Made by a program: the position numbers and the translations under genes
Shown: one piece after another, positions 6,162 through 18,684 of the stretch
Numbering within the stretch: the first letter of the stretch is position 1
Layout of the letters: the number at the start of each line of letters is the position of its first letter
IMG/VR virus record: IMGVR_UViG_3300004686_000008
Location: 1 to 33,644 of that record
Length of the DNA: 33,644 nucleotides
Strand: one strand, 5' to 3'
DNA from: a virus
Taxonomy: Duplodnaviria > Caudoviricetes
Notes under the pieces: generated by a model
Told to the model about the DNA's origin: nothing
The model's input: the letters and a program-made list of their open reading frames with translations, nothing else
Databases searched by the model: none

Positions 6162-9100
6162 CTATTGGCCTGTCAACCATGCTTGCCAAGCTATACCTAC
6201 ATAGTTAGCTTGCGTAAGTCCAACAATATTAACATAGAACCCATCAGTTGTGACGCCTGTGACTTGAACAGCAATCCCACTCCCCTCGGAAGTTGGGCCA
6301 GAACCGTCTGGTCTGCTTCTATAGAGAATCGCGTTCACATTGGGTGTTTGGTTAAAATACCCGGTTGGGAACGACACATATTTGTTATCAGTACACCAGA
6401 AACCGCCACCATAATTCACGATTAACGGCCACATTCCTGCTTCGCCATTAGTTGCACGTCCCATCGCAAAAGTGCAACCCGTATAATTCCCAGTGAATGA
6501 ACCCATCCCATAAACGGATTGGGGGTAAACAAAAATGCTTTGATTTGACCCCGACATTGATACGGCCCAATTCGATGATGAACCGTAATGGGCATTCGGA
6601 CCAATGGTTACGCGATTAAAATTAGGCAGAACAAGAGAGGTACCGTTTGCGGCGTGATTAAATTCGTTTTCACCGATATAGAAATTGTTGAAATTCGTCC
6701 CGACGACAGTAATTCCGCATGATCCGTATACTGAGAATTGGTTACCAGAAATAACGCCATTTCCATAACCGTTTGCAGTTACGTTGAACGCAATAGATGC
6801 GGTTGTTGCTCCCTCAAAACTGTTACCGGTACAGTTGAAAATTGAGGTTGGGTTACCAGCGGCGAGTTCCCCTAGGTAATGGTAATTACCGGCAAGGAAT
6901 TTATTACCTACCATTTTGAGGCCGCCAGAAGAAATCTGGTGAATATGGATCCCTGAACCTAACGTATATCCGACATTGAAATCAGAATAGTTATTAGTAT
7001 AACAAGCGTCACCATAATCATGATTCCAATTATTAGCCATGTAAATGCTTGTATGAATTGTATCGGCAAAATAGCACCGATCGACAACCCAACCTGCATT
7101 ATCATTGAAAATGATATTATAATAACCGTACCCAAAGAAACAATTAGAAATTCGTGATCCGAAATTTGTTCCTGAATTGCTTGGGGTCGTGAATGTGATA
7201 TAACTGCCACCCGATCTCGGAGATGCCGCCCCGATATCAGCATTAGCACTGAAAAAGCTAACTTTTTCGAAGTTTACACACTGAGTTGTAGTTACTAAGA
7301 AAAGGTCATTAGTATTACCGCCATAAGGAACAAACATCGACCCAACATTGATAGGCGATGGACTCTGGATGTTAGTATTGGTGGGTTGGTTAGGCGGCAT
7401 GACATGAGTATCATAATAGAACTTATTGCCTTGATTGTCGCCTAAAATGGTACACCCATACGGGATCACTACTTGTGTGATTGCGTACGTTCCATGCGGA
7501 AAGTAAAGCGTAGCACCCGGATTGGAGTTTATTGCATTTTGAATTGCCGCTGTATCATTGATAATACCATCCCCGACAGCACCATACGCTTTGACGTTGA
7601 CACCGATAGAAGTGCCATTAGCACCGGCAGGTCCAGTTGGTCCTTGAACCCCTGTAGCCCCAGTTGGACCCGTTGGGCCACCGGCAGGACCGGTTGCACC
7701 AGTGGCTCCTGTAGCGCCGGTAAGCCCAGTCACACCCGTAGGTCCAATAGGCCCAGTTACGCCTGTAGGTCCAATAGGCCCAGTTACGCCTGTAGGTCCT
7801 GTAGGTCCTGTAGCACCAACAAATCCTTGTGGCCCAATGATGCCAGAATCAGCTTCTACCCATACAGGGCCATTCGTATTGCCGGAATAATAGACATATA
7901 AAGTACCGCCAATCGTATCCCACCAAAGAGGATATTGAGTGGGGTTGGTCGGAGGCGAAGTGTTGTACCAAGTATTTGCACCAGAAAGACCAGTTGGTCC
8001 AGATGGTCCTGACGGACCAGATGGTCCTGTAGCACCTATGGGACCAGATACACCTGTTGGACCAACAGCACCTTGTACACCCTGTAACCCTTGGATACCT
8101 TGTGGACCAGTAGGTCCTGTGGCACCCGCAATACCAGAAGGCCCTGTAGCGCCGACATTACCTTGTGCCCCTGATGGGCCTGATGGGCCTGATGGACCAG
8201 TTAAACCAGTTGCCCCGGTAGGCCCCGCAATTCCTGATGGCCCAATAGCTCCTGATGGGCCAACAGCACCTGTTGCCCCCGTAGGTCCTTGAGCGCCTGT
8301 AGGGCCGGTAACGCCTTGAGGACCCTCAATGCCTGTAGGGCCAGTTGCACCAACAGGGCCAGTGACTCCGGTAGCCCCAATTCCCGTAGGGCCGGTAACT
8401 CCAGTTGCGCCTGTAGGACCTACAATAGGTCCCGCATTAAACCATGCCGCCCCATCCCAAACGTATAAATCACCATTTGATTGAACGATATAAGCATCAT
8501 TAGGTTGATTCCCCGTAGTGGGTAAGTTTGCGACAGTAGCTACTGTACCTTTCAGCTTAATAGCCGTTCCTTGAGGACCAGTAGCACCAGCCGGTCCAGA
8601 GGGGCCAGTGGCACCAGTGGCACCAGTGGCACCAGTGGCACCTGCTCCAGTAGGACCAGTTGCGCCTGTAGGGCCACGGCTACCAGTCAAACCAGTCGCA
8701 CCGGTAGGTCCGATCAAACCAGAAGGGCCAACAGGCCCAGATGGCCCTACTGTGCCCCGAGGTCCAGTGGCCCCCGTCGATCCAGTAGGGCCAATCAATC
8801 CAGATGGACCCGTGACGCCAGTAGCACCACGTTGCCCGGTCAAACCTGTAGGACCAGTTGCACCCTGCGGCCCAACGGGACCTTGAAGCCCTTGGATACC
8901 CTGAACGCCTTGAATACCAGATTGTCCTTGTGGACCCTGTGACCCAGTAGGACCAGATGCGCCTGTAGCCCCTGTGGCCCCTCGTTGACCAACAGGACCA
9001 GTTGCACCAGTTGCACCTATAGGACCTTGTGGTCCTTGCGCTCCTGAAGGTCCTGATGCGCCTCTAACGCCAGATGCGCCAGTCGCACCTGTTGGTCCTT

Positions 9101-9347
9101 GAAGGGGACCGATATCAACCCACGTTGATCCGTTCCAAGTGTAAAAATCACCAGAGGAAAGGACTTTGTAAGTATCGTTGACGTTAGCGCCCTGAGGAAG
9201 ATCACCGACAGTATTGACGTTGCCCAGAAAGTTAATCCCCGGACCTTGAGGACCAGTCGGGCCTGTGGGACCTTGCGGACCTTGAAGGAAACTACCAAGT
9301 TCTACAAGGAGTTCTGGGGAGGTCTGGACAACTTCAATGTTTGCCAT
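6162..9347 (-). CDS. collagen-like fibre protein with C-terminal pectin-lyase-like beta-helix (putative receptor-binding/depolymerase)
   Basis: long Gly-X-Y tracts ([12 protein letters not shown]) interrupted by small Trp-containing domains; [21 protein letters not shown]...LYFPHGTY followed by Asn/Gly-rich beta-helix-like repeats. Confidence 0.9.
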   Translation of the reverse strand: MANIEVVQTSPELLVELGSFLQGPQGPTGPTGPQGPGINFLGNVNTVGDLPQGANVNDTYKVLSSGDFYTWNGSTWVDIGPLQGPTGATGASGVRGASGPSGAQGPQGPIGATGATGPVGQRGATGATGASGPTGSQGPQGQSGIQGVQGIQGLQGPVGPQGATGPTGLTGQRGATGVTGPSGLIGPTGSTGATGPRGTVGPSGPVGPSGLIGPTGATGLTGSRGPTGATGPTGAGATGATGATGATGPSGPAGATGPQGTAIKLKGTVATVANLPTTGNQPNDAYIVQSNGDLYVWDGAAWFNAGPIVGPTGATGVTGPTGIGATGVTGPVGATGPTGIEGPQGVTGPTGAQGPTGATGAVGPSGAIGPSGIAGPTGATGLTGPSGPSGPSGAQGNVGATGPSGIAGATGPTGPQGIQGLQGVQGAVGPTGVSGPIGATGPSGPSGPSGPTGLSGANTWYNTSPPTNPTQYPLWWDTIGGTLYVYYSGNTNGPVWVEADSGIIGPQGFVGATGPTGPTGVTGPIGPTGVTGPIGPTGVTGLTGATGATGATGPAGGPTGPTGATGVQGPTGPAGANGTSIGVNVKAYGAVGDGIINDTAAIQNAINSNPGATLYFPHGTYAITQVVIPYGCTILGDNQGNKFYYDTHVMPPNQPTNTNIQSPSPINVGSMFVPYGGNTNDLFLVTTTQCVNFEKVSFFSANADIGAASPRSGGSYITFTTPSNSGTNFGSRISNCFFGYGYYNIIFNDNAGWVVDRCYFADTIHTSIYMANNWNHDYGDACYTNNYSDFNVGYTLGSGIHIHQISSGGLKMVGNKFLAGNYHYLGELAAGNPTSIFNCTGNSFEGATTASIAFNVTANGYGNGVISGNQFSVYGSCGITVVGTNFNNFYIGENEFNHAANGTSLVLPNFNRVTIGPNAHYGSSSNWAVSMSGSNQSIFVYPQSVYGMGSFTGNYTGCTFAMGRATNGEAGMWPLIVNYGGGFWCTDNKYVSFPTGYFNQTPNVNAILYRSRPDGSGPTSEGSGIAVQVTGVTTDGFYVNIVGLTQANYVGIAWQAWLTGQ
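7738..7799. repeat. perfect 27-bp tandem duplication inside the collagen tract
   Basis: GTAGGTCCAATAGGCCCAGTTACGCCT x2 plus a partial third copy. Confidence 0.9.
8605..8640. repeat. perfect 9-bp x4 tandem repeat encoding (Gly-Ala-Thr)n
   Basis: CCAGTGGCA x4 read directly. Confidence 0.9.
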
Positions 9348-9721
9348 CAGATAACCTCAATCCAAGATAAGGTACTTTCATCCCAATTATATAATTTACC
9401 GTCAGCCGGATAAGCAACTGGTGCTTCCCAGAGGCAAGAGGTTTCGTTGAGAGTCCATGAAGCGAACGGCTTCGGGGGAATAAACGCATCGCGTTCCCGG
9501 TCGTAGGTGAAACCAATCCCGGCGTAGTTCTTGCGAAGCGCCTTGGTCTGATCTGCTGACGGTTCACCCGTTTCGGGATCGATGTGAACACCGCCTCGGG
9601 TGTTGTAAGAGGTCTTGATCCATTCGCCCGGTGAAGAGTCCACGAACGTATCGAAGAACTCAGGTTCTGCAACGATGACCTGATTGACGATACCGTCGAC
9701 GACTTTTGCGTAGTGACTCAT
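9347..9721 (-). CDS. conserved phage protein (MSHYAKV... family), probable partner/chaperone of the Gly-rich fibre protein
   Basis: start moved from 9817 to ATG at 9721 (GGGAG SD, ATGA overlap); [41 protein letters not shown] motifs. Confidence 0.85.
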   Translation of the reverse strand: MSHYAKVVDGIVNQVIVAEPEFFDTFVDSSPGEWIKTSYNTRGGVHIDPETGEPSADQTKALRKNYAGIGFTYDRERDAFIPPKPFASWTLNETSCLWEAPVAYPADGKLYNWDESTLSWIEVI

Positions 9722-10896
9722 GCTGTGTAGCTCCCTGAGGAAGTGAACTTGATAATCGTGTTTGAACCGGATGTGGTGATCGTTGGGGAACCTGTTGTGG
9801 TGCCTGAATAGGCCCATGTCGGGACTGAGAGGATGACTACCCCGGAGCCGCCAGAACCCGCTGTTCCTGCCTGTGCTGCACCGCCGCCGCCGCCGCCTGT
9901 GTTTACCGTGCCGGATGTACCGTTAGCTCCTGTAGGAAAATTACCAAAACCCCCAGCGCCGCCGCCACCTGTGCCGCCAGAACCCGCCGCTGTCCCACCA
10001 GAACTAGCATCAGCTCCGCCGCCACCGCCTCCGGCATAATAAACGGATGCGCCTGTGATAGAAGATGCTAAACCCACGCCTCCATTACCAGCAGCGCCTC
10101 CACCAGTGGCATTACCACCAAATCCCCCTGCGCCGCCACCGCCACCAGAAGCTTTTATCGATGCACCACCAGTACCTCCAGCGTACCCTTGACCAGAAGT
10201 ACCAGAACCACCAGTCTGGCTATAGTAGCCGCCACCGCCGCCCCCAGATCCTCCACTATTACCATTACTTACAGGTGAGTTTGTTCCACCATACCCCCCA
10301 CCTATCGCGGTGATGGAAGAAAAAACGGAGTTACTCCCGTTGTTCCCTGATGGTCCTGATGTATTTATTCCGGCTCCTCCAGCGCCGACAGTGATGCTAT
10401 AACCGACCCCCGACGATAGCGCCGTTACCCCGCTGACAAAACCACCAGCACCGCCACCGCCACCATAACCCGCTTGAGCGCCACCGCCGCCCGCGACCAC
10501 AAGGTAGGAAGCTGAATAAGTTTGTGGAATATACGTTGCGTTCCCAGCAGCTACATCAACCCATCCTTGCGTCGAATCAACATAAGTCAAAGTTACAGAG
10601 GCCCTAATAATTGAAATATACGCATTTCCCGTGTTCCCGTTAATCTTCCCGCCATTAGGACTAATCGTGATTGCATTCGTCGCAGCAGTTCCCGCGTAGT
10701 CAAAGACAGTAATCTGATTGCCCGCGGTAGGCGAAGCCGGGAGCGTAACTGTTACGGCGCCTGAAGTCGTATTTACTGGATACAAAGAATACGCAATGGC
10801 GGCAAAATTTGACGTTTGAACAGATTTTAAAATCAGACCACTTGCCGCAGTTGTTTGTATAGTCCCATCAGGGAAAACATGAATAGAAGGCTTCAT
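9718..10896 (-). CDS. glycine-rich virion/fibre protein
   Basis: start at ATG 10896 (GGAGG SD); VNTTSGAVTVTLPASP domain followed by YLVVAGGGG...GGSGVVIL glycine-rich domain. Confidence 0.88.
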   Translation of the reverse strand: MKPSIHVFPDGTIQTTAASGLILKSVQTSNFAAIAYSLYPVNTTSGAVTVTLPASPTAGNQITVFDYAGTAATNAITISPNGGKINGNTGNAYISIIRASVTLTYVDSTQGWVDVAAGNATYIPQTYSASYLVVAGGGGAQAGYGGGGGAGGFVSGVTALSSGVGYSITVGAGGAGINTSGPSGNNGSNSVFSSITAIGGGYGGTNSPVSNGNSGGSGGGGGGYYSQTGGSGTSGQGYAGGTGGASIKASGGGGGAGGFGGNATGGGAAGNGGVGLASSITGASVYYAGGGGGGADASSGGTAAGSGGTGGGGAGGFGNFPTGANGTSGTVNTGGGGGGAAQAGTAGSGGSGVVILSVPTWAYSGTTTGSPTITTSGSNTIIKFTSSGSYTA

Positions 10897-11261
10897 GACA
10901 TGACCTCCCAAGTGGTCGTCATCGTCAATGCGCTATTTGATCCCGCCAAAGCGCCAAGCGACATATTCTCCATCAAATAAAAAGATGTGCTTTTATCGAC
11001 AAGAGGAAAGCTTGAATTTGCGGGAATTGAAAGTGCAGAAGCGATAGGAAATGCTGTTCCACCAAGTGCCGCCGCATTGTAAATATTGACTGTTACAGTA
11101 ACAGGAGACGCCGTTGAATTCGCAATAATCATGGATTCAATTTTTAAAATTGTCCCCGATGAAACCGCATTATTTGCAAGGGATTGAGCCGATGTAGTCA
11201 GGGCAACATTCCCAACATTGCCGAGAATGCTTGTGACTGCCGCCAAATTGGGATTTGCCAT
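10893..11261 (-). CDS. beta-rich virion structural protein (MANPNL... family), probable fibre connector
   Basis: AGGA SD; Ala/Ser/Thr-rich 122 aa with alternating hydrophobic pattern; ATGA overlap with the next gene. Confidence 0.8.
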   Translation of the reverse strand: MANPNLAAVTSILGNVGNVALTTSAQSLANNAVSSGTILKIESMIIANSTASPVTVTVNIYNAAALGGTAFPIASALSIPANSSFPLVDKSTSFYLMENMSLGALAGSNSALTMTTTWEVMS

Positions 11262-11269
11262 GTTAGTTC

Positions 11270-11428
11270 CTAACTGAAAATGATGTTATAAGCGATTGCT
11301 TGTCCGCGAGTTACGTACTGAGTGCCATTATAGGAAATCCACGCAGTTCCGTTCCATTGCCATGTTTTACCATTAGCAGTGTACGTCTGCCCAACGGTAG
11401 GCGATGCGGGGAAGTTCAAGGTAGCCAT
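11270..11428 (-). CDS. 52-aa mini fibre-linker protein (MATLNFPASPTVGQTYTANGKTWQWNGTAW...RGQAIAYNIIFS)
   Basis: not in the ORF track; fills the gap exactly (1 nt after the upstream stop, 8 nt before the next start); WxWNGTAW echoes the collagen knob domains. Confidence 0.8.
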   Translation of the reverse strand: MATLNFPASPTVGQTYTANGKTWQWNGTAWISYNGTQYVTRGQAIAYNIIFS

Positions 11429-11429
11429 A

Positions 11430-13627
<2,198 letters not shown>

Positions 13628-13631
<4 letters not shown>

Positions 13632-13975
13632 AGCATTAGCGTCGGTTGGGAGGTCGTAATACGGAGGACGATATTGACTACAAAAGTCGCGGTTGGAAGC
13701 ACCGTTGTTCCATTAACAAATCGGATATCGCAATAAAGAGGGCCTAGCGGCCATGTCGCTGTTGCTGTTGCGTCCTGATAAAGCAAAAGCCCCCATTTCG
13801 TCTCAGGGGCAGTAGGGGCTTGCAATGTCACTACAAGTTCCGCAATCAAAGCATCATTGCCATCCCGCAATTCAGCAGTCGCTTTCCACCCACTTCCTGT
13901 TGGCAGAGACGCATATCCACCCAAAGAAAAGGTTCCGCCTTGCTTAAAATTATAGGAGGGAGTGGGAACGGCCAT
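13628..13975 (-). CDS. fibre adaptor protein (BppU N-terminal-like beta domain)
   Basis: FKQGGTF...[15 protein letters not shown]...TATFVVNI pattern; immediately precedes the collagen gene with ATGA overlap. Confidence 0.65.
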
Positions 13976-14190
13976 TATTTTTTACTCAGTTGCGCCAGCT
14001 TAATCTGTATGTCAACCAGAAGATCGCGCATTTCTTTCCGATCTTGTTTGGCTTCTGCCGCATAGTCAGAAACATCACGCTCAAGTTTATCCAAACGATA
14101 GGAGTGCTGTGAGAGCGTTGAACTCATGGTCACATAAGTGGTGATGATCCCGCACCCTATATAAAATGCGATTTCTAACCATTTGTTCAT
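13975..14190 (-). CDS. small membrane protein (one TM plus coiled coil), holin/antiholin-like
   Basis: start moved from 14334 to ATG at 14190 (ATGA overlap): MNKWLEIAFYIGCGIITTYVTM...LDKLERD. Confidence 0.7.
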   Translation of the reverse strand: MNKWLEIAFYIGCGIITTYVTMSSTLSQHSYRLDKLERDVSDYAAEAKQDRKEMRDLLVDIQIKLAQLSKK

Positions 14191-14375
14191 TTCGAGATAT
14201 CTTCGGGCGGCTTGCGCTTGGTGAACAATGAGATTGCGGCTGCTACTGATAAACCCGCCGTCACGATTGCTCCTTGTTGATCTGGGGTGATCTGTATGCC
14301 GAATGCCATTACGAGATAAACCAGTCCACGCCATGTGCTCGCCTCATTGAGTGCAAAACCTAATTTGTCGCCCAT
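14187..14375 (-). CDS. putative holin (two TM helices)
   Basis: GGAG SD; EASTWRGLVYLVMAFGI...AIVTAGLSVAAAISLF plus charged tail; adjacent to the endolysin. Confidence 0.75.
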   Translation of the reverse strand: MGDKLGFALNEASTWRGLVYLVMAFGIQITPDQQGAIVTAGLSVAAAISLFTKRKPPEDISK

Positions 14376-14376
14376 G

Positions 14377-14799
14377 TTAAATCTCCTTTAGCTGGAAGTG
14401 CATACCATCTGGACGCTTCCAATAACCGCCCCATTCAAATCCCGCATCAATAAAACACTGAACGAATTGTGGAGACAGGGTGGGAGGCTTATTAAATCCG
14501 TTCCAAGCGGCATTGAGATCGATTGCAATCCCCCAAGAATGGAGGCTAGAAGTTGTTCCACCAACCTTCTTCCGAATGTTGAAGCATCCGTTCCATGTCT
14601 TGAGTTCCTCTACACGCCCCGTTTGGATGAGATTTTGGAATGCTTTGGTCAAAGGCGCAATCATGATTTTGTTGCAGTAAATCCGTTTGGGGATGACTCC
14701 GATTTCAAGTTCTGACGGAACATCCCACATCACCATGAATTTACGTTCATTGGCGGCTGGATCGCCCCATTTTGCAAGACATTGTTTGGCTGTGACCAT
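14377..14799 (-). CDS. endolysin, M15 family Zn peptidase
   Basis: GCFNIR, SLHSWGIAIDLN (SxHxxGxAxD), GFEWGG.W, DGMHFQ. Confidence 0.92.
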   Translation of the reverse strand: MVTAKQCLAKWGDPAANERKFMVMWDVPSELEIGVIPKRIYCNKIMIAPLTKAFQNLIQTGRVEELKTWNGCFNIRKKVGGTTSSLHSWGIAIDLNAAWNGFNKPPTLSPQFVQCFIDAGFEWGGYWKRPDGMHFQLKEI

Positions 14800-14800
14800 A

Positions 14801-15034
14801 TCACGCCTTTTTCTTTAGATATTGTACGGCAAGCTCAACACCAAAATTGGCAAGCGATTCCGTTAATTCCAAGCCGATGATTTCAAGCTCATCAAGCACT
14901 CCCTTGCGCTTCTCTGCGCCTGAGATTTCTTTGTCGGCCCATCTTAGAACGGTTGCAACAATTCTTTCAAATATGTCTGATCCAAGAATGAATCCTGCAA
15001 GCTGTTCGATCAAAAACGTAATGAGTGCGTTCAT
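14801..15034 (-). CDS. lysis-cassette-associated small protein (LL-H holin-like GxEK motif)
   Basis: amphipathic N-terminus, SGAEKRKGVL, ELAVQYLKK; directly upstream of the endolysin. Confidence 0.6.
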   Translation of the reverse strand: MNALITFLIEQLAGFILGSDIFERIVATVLRWADKEISGAEKRKGVLDELEIIGLELTESLANFGVELAVQYLKKKA

Positions 15035-15035
15035 A

Positions 15036-16028
15036 TCAGTATCCTATCGCCATGACGCTAACAGCGGGAGTACCAACAACAGAAAAAATCTTTACTTGTT
15101 GGTTGTTAAGAATTTGATACCCGCAATATCCGTTACTTGCAAGTGTCACTGAATCAGCGGTTGAAATACTGATAAATACAGTATTTATAGCATTAGGAAA
15201 TGCTTCAGCAAATGTGACTACATCGCCAGATGTTGAAGAAGTGCCTGTAGCCCATTGCATCAGGATGCCCTGAGGATTGATAACCCATCCCGGCGAACCA
15301 ATTTGTGATTGAATTGGTTCTGCCCAATTGCTCAACATATTAAGCTGAACAAGAGTGGATAGAGCGGAAGTGATGCGGCCAGAGGGATCAATTCCTGCGG
15401 CTCGACTTGGAGTTAATCCAGTCGGAATGCCGATAGGAGATTGAAGCCTCCATGATGAATCCGCTGAGTTATAGGAAACTGAGATTGGTGCATTCGCAAC
15501 GATCTGACCGGAAAGAAGCGCAGTGCCATCTGCATTTTTTATCGTTGCCGCACCCAACCCGTTGAGATTAAGGGTAGGAGTCGTAGAGGTGCTGGCGTGG
15601 ATTGTCGTGAACGTACACGGCATTCCAGAGTAATACGCTGATTCATGCTGAGGAGTGCTGACCACATACGCATTGGCAACCCCGGTATCCGTACCAACCC
15701 AAGGCTGAACGAATTGGTTGAACATCCCGGCTGTCGGCTCGTTGCCGCACAAATCACCAATCGCCCATGCTTGAGCGGTAGAGCCTTCTTGACCGCGCTG
15801 GATAGTCAGGGTGTCGCCCGATCTCTGAGTTACATAGACGATCTCAAAAATCGTATTAGGTGACGATGCGCTAGTCAGGTCTAGTCGGAAAAATTGCGCT
15901 CCAACAACCGGAGAAGGGAATCTGCTTCCCGTTCCCGTAGCCAAAGTGAGAGAGGTTGCGGTATTGGATATCGCGCCAGAGAGCGTCGAATAAGCGTTAT
16001 TCGCGTAAAGTTCGATGAGTGCGGTCAT
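15036..16028 (-). CDS. tail fibre protein
   Basis: follows baseplate genes; ANNAYSTL...EIVYVT.RSGDTLTIQRGQEGS N-terminus; PTLNLNGLGA; C-terminal PQGILMQW...VTFAEAFPN...MAIGY tip domain. Confidence 0.85.
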   Translation of the reverse strand: MTALIELYANNAYSTLSGAISNTATSLTLATGTGSRFPSPVVGAQFFRLDLTSASSPNTIFEIVYVTQRSGDTLTIQRGQEGSTAQAWAIGDLCGNEPTAGMFNQFVQPWVGTDTGVANAYVVSTPQHESAYYSGMPCTFTTIHASTSTTPTLNLNGLGAATIKNADGTALLSGQIVANAPISVSYNSADSSWRLQSPIGIPTGLTPSRAAGIDPSGRITSALSTLVQLNMLSNWAEPIQSQIGSPGWVINPQGILMQWATGTSSTSGDVVTFAEAFPNAINTVFISISTADSVTLASNGYCGYQILNNQQVKIFSVVGTPAVSVMAIGY

Positions 16029-16720
16029 GCGATAGTCACCGTGTATTGGAACTGGAATGGGAGCAATAATACGCCATCAGCGATACAAACTTGCAGATAA
16101 GTCAAAAGGTTAGAGCTTACGCCCGTTAAATTAGATGCCGTGAGCGTAATCGTGCAAGTGGGGAGTGGTGAAGTTGCATCATTGAACGTCACGCTGATGC
16201 CGGGATTCCAAGCAGGACAAATGTTTGTACCATTGGTGCCGTACAGGAATCGGGCAATTCGACGCTTTAACCAAGGAATCGAAAAGTTCTTTCCGTCACC
16301 CTTAAAAAACCACCATGTCAGAATGCGCTTATAAATATCATCCGGCGTATCGTAGTTGTTCTGAGTTTGATAAATCTGCGTTGTGCTGATTGCACTGACG
16401 ATATTGGGTGTCGGACCACTGGGACCGATGGCCCCATGATGCTTCACGGACCCGATCTGACCAATCATTCCTGAGATAGCACTAGATGAAAGGCTAGGCC
16501 GTGGAAGTCCATAGATTCCCTGCCCAATCCAGTCCAGCAACGCCCCTGTAAGCCCTGTATAGACCGGAAGATTGATATCCGCGAACCAAGTAACGTAGTT
16601 TTGCGTTTGTTGGTTGTAGGACGTTATCAGGGCGGGAAGATCGGGATCGTCTATGTATTGAAAATACAGATACGAAGGGATCGTTTTGGTTGCCGTTACG
16701 GGAGCGGTGGGCAAGGTCAT
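16025..16720 (-). CDS. baseplate wedge protein (DUF2612-like)
   Basis: LLDWIGQGIYG, DDIYKRILTW motifs; directly after the baseplate J-like gene. Confidence 0.8.
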   Translation of the reverse strand: MTLPTAPVTATKTIPSYLYFQYIDDPDLPALITSYNQQTQNYVTWFADINLPVYTGLTGALLDWIGQGIYGLPRPSLSSSAISGMIGQIGSVKHHGAIGPSGPTPNIVSAISTTQIYQTQNNYDTPDDIYKRILTWWFFKGDGKNFSIPWLKRRIARFLYGTNGTNICPAWNPGISVTFNDATSPLPTCTITLTASNLTGVSSNLLTYLQVCIADGVLLLPFQFQYTVTIA

Positions 16721-18138
16721 AATTTCACCGTGGTCACGCCTGAAGTACCAATGAAATAGTAACCTTCTGGATCACCGACTACGATTCCTGTTCCCGTTAC
16801 AACCGGAGTGATGACACCGTTCAACGTAATTTGAATGCTGATATAGGTCAGTAATGGCGTTGGGACTACGGAATTGATGGACTCTTGGAACACGTACTGA
16901 AGTTCGTATTCATTAATCGGTTGGCCCGGACCAAGGCTGTTGATGTAAGACACAATGGCCGGAGCCGAAAGCGTCTGAACGGCTGTATTTGAAATGGTGT
17001 TGGTCGAACTGGTCTTCCATGAAATCTGAACCAGAACGGGTTGCTGGACCGGAGTCACAAACGGGATTACATAGGAATCCGGGGTATCGTAAATCGTGAC
17101 GCTTTGATTTCTAGGAATGGTCCCTGTTGATCCTACCGTTACCGATCCACCACCTGTCCATGTGCCTGAAGATGATGTTCCAAAGGTGAACGAGAATGGA
17201 TCAGGAAGCGCCGTAATGGTGTGCGCCCCATCGACTCCGGTAAGGCCCGTGGTTCCAGCAATCGTAATAGATTCACCAATCGTAAACCCCGTCACCAGAT
17301 TGGTCGTTATCGTGGTTGTGCTTCCAGTTGTCACTCCTGTTACGGACATGACCGATCCAGTCAATGAGCTAGGATCGCCGCAGGATTGGAAAATGGCATC
17401 CGCAACGGCAGTCGGATCGCCGCCACCTACAATGACTTCCCATTTGCTACCGGACTGCCTAACGCTAATCAGGCTCGAAATGACGCCCGGAACCCTTTGC
17501 AGATAGGTTTTGATTGCCGTAATCGTGCTAGAGCATGACGTAAGCCCCGCATTCAATACTTGTGATCGATAATCATCGGGTGATTGAACGCCGCTTGAAG
17601 GAATACCCGTAGTCGGGTTAGTGACCGTCAGCGTGATCCCGGTGGGAATGGATGACAGGATATTCGTTACGGTTCCAGCTGGTACAGCCCATGAACCCGA
17701 AATGGTCGCTACAGCATAAACAGAGTTGCTAGTACCACCCGATTGAATGACGGATGCTTCTTGCGTCAGGTACTGGTACGTTCCATCAGAAACCAAAACA
17801 CCGGCATTGATAACGAATCCCGGAGTGCCTGAGAACTTCAGATAAACAGAAACATTGGTGCCAAGCCCTTGTTGGACTCCGTAAATCTGACCAAGCTGAT
17901 TCAGGATAAAAAGGTTTGCCCCGTAAGGCGTCATGCTGTTGACGGTTTCAACCTGTGCCGAATCAATCAGGACTAAAGCCCCGGTATCTGTTGATGCGAT
18001 ATCTTCAATCAGCGTACCCGGAAGATTGGCAGTCAATCCAGGATCAAGAGCAACGGCCCCAGCAATGATCTGCTGATTCAGGCTTGTGGGGGACTGAGGC
18101 TGAAGCCCCGCAGAAGTCATTACGATAGGCAAAGACAT
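16717..18138 (-). CDS. baseplate J-like wedge protein
   Basis: 473 aa; LNQLGQIYGV, GTPGFVI..G.LVSDGTYQY, DDYRSQVL, VIVGGGDP..VADAIF. Confidence 0.88.
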   Translation of the reverse strand: MSLPIVMTSAGLQPQSPTSLNQQIIAGAVALDPGLTANLPGTLIEDIASTDTGALVLIDSAQVETVNSMTPYGANLFILNQLGQIYGVQQGLGTNVSVYLKFSGTPGFVINAGVLVSDGTYQYLTQEASVIQSGGTSNSVYAVATISGSWAVPAGTVTNILSSIPTGITLTVTNPTTGIPSSGVQSPDDYRSQVLNAGLTSCSSTITAIKTYLQRVPGVISSLISVRQSGSKWEVIVGGGDPTAVADAIFQSCGDPSSLTGSVMSVTGVTTGSTTTITTNLVTGFTIGESITIAGTTGLTGVDGAHTITALPDPFSFTFGTSSSGTWTGGGSVTVGSTGTIPRNQSVTIYDTPDSYVIPFVTPVQQPVLVQISWKTSSTNTISNTAVQTLSAPAIVSYINSLGPGQPINEYELQYVFQESINSVVPTPLLTYISIQITLNGVITPVVTGTGIVVGDPEGYYFIGTSGVTTVKL

Positions 18139-18141
18139 TTT

Positions 18142-18657
18142 TTATCCTCTCAATGGCGCATATTTGCCATAGTGCAATTTTTCGGCATTGTGCCTAGCAT
18201 TTATTGCGTCTTCAATTTCATGAAACGTCCCTAAATGAATGCGCTTGCCTGAAATTGTCACAAATGCTTTAAATTTTTTTTCATTTTTTGAAAAATGAAC
18301 GCCACGAACTCCTGTGCTTAAATTGTTTTTTCTAGCTTTCGAGCAATTTTTCATATTTTCTTCTTGCGAACATTCTCGCAAGTTGCATATACGATTGTCA
18401 GTTTTAATCTCATTGATGTGGTCAATTTGAAATTTAGGCCACTCCCCATAAAAATGAAACCAAGCAAAGACATGGGCATAGAAAGGAACCCCAAAGACAC
18501 GTATTCCTAAATATCCTTTTCTTCCCCTTGGATATCCACCTGCCTCGGTTCCTTGCTTGTGCCTTCCTCTGGTTATTTTTCTTGTAAATTTTCCGGTATG
18601 AGGATCGTAGTCTATTTCTGAACGCGCAAACTCAATCGTAATGTCTTTTTTATTCAT
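18142..18657 (-). CDS. free-standing HNH homing endonuclease with AP2-like domain
   Basis: ATG at 18657 with GAGG SD; YDPHTGKF, AHVFAWFHFYGEWP, IDHINEIKTDNRICNLR, GVRGV...HLGTF; visibly AT-rich. Confidence 0.92.
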   Translation of the reverse strand: MNKKDITIEFARSEIDYDPHTGKFTRKITRGRHKQGTEAGGYPRGRKGYLGIRVFGVPFYAHVFAWFHFYGEWPKFQIDHINEIKTDNRICNLRECSQEENMKNCSKARKNNLSTGVRGVHFSKNEKKFKAFVTISGKRIHLGTFHEIEDAINARHNAEKLHYGKYAPLRG

Positions 18658-18684
18658 GCGAAACCTCAAAATTACTATTGTAAC

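Noticed and set aside
18142-18669. HNH gene as part of a group I intron
   Set aside because: Both flanking genes are intact and there are only 3 and 27 nt of non-coding flank, leaving no room for an intron core.
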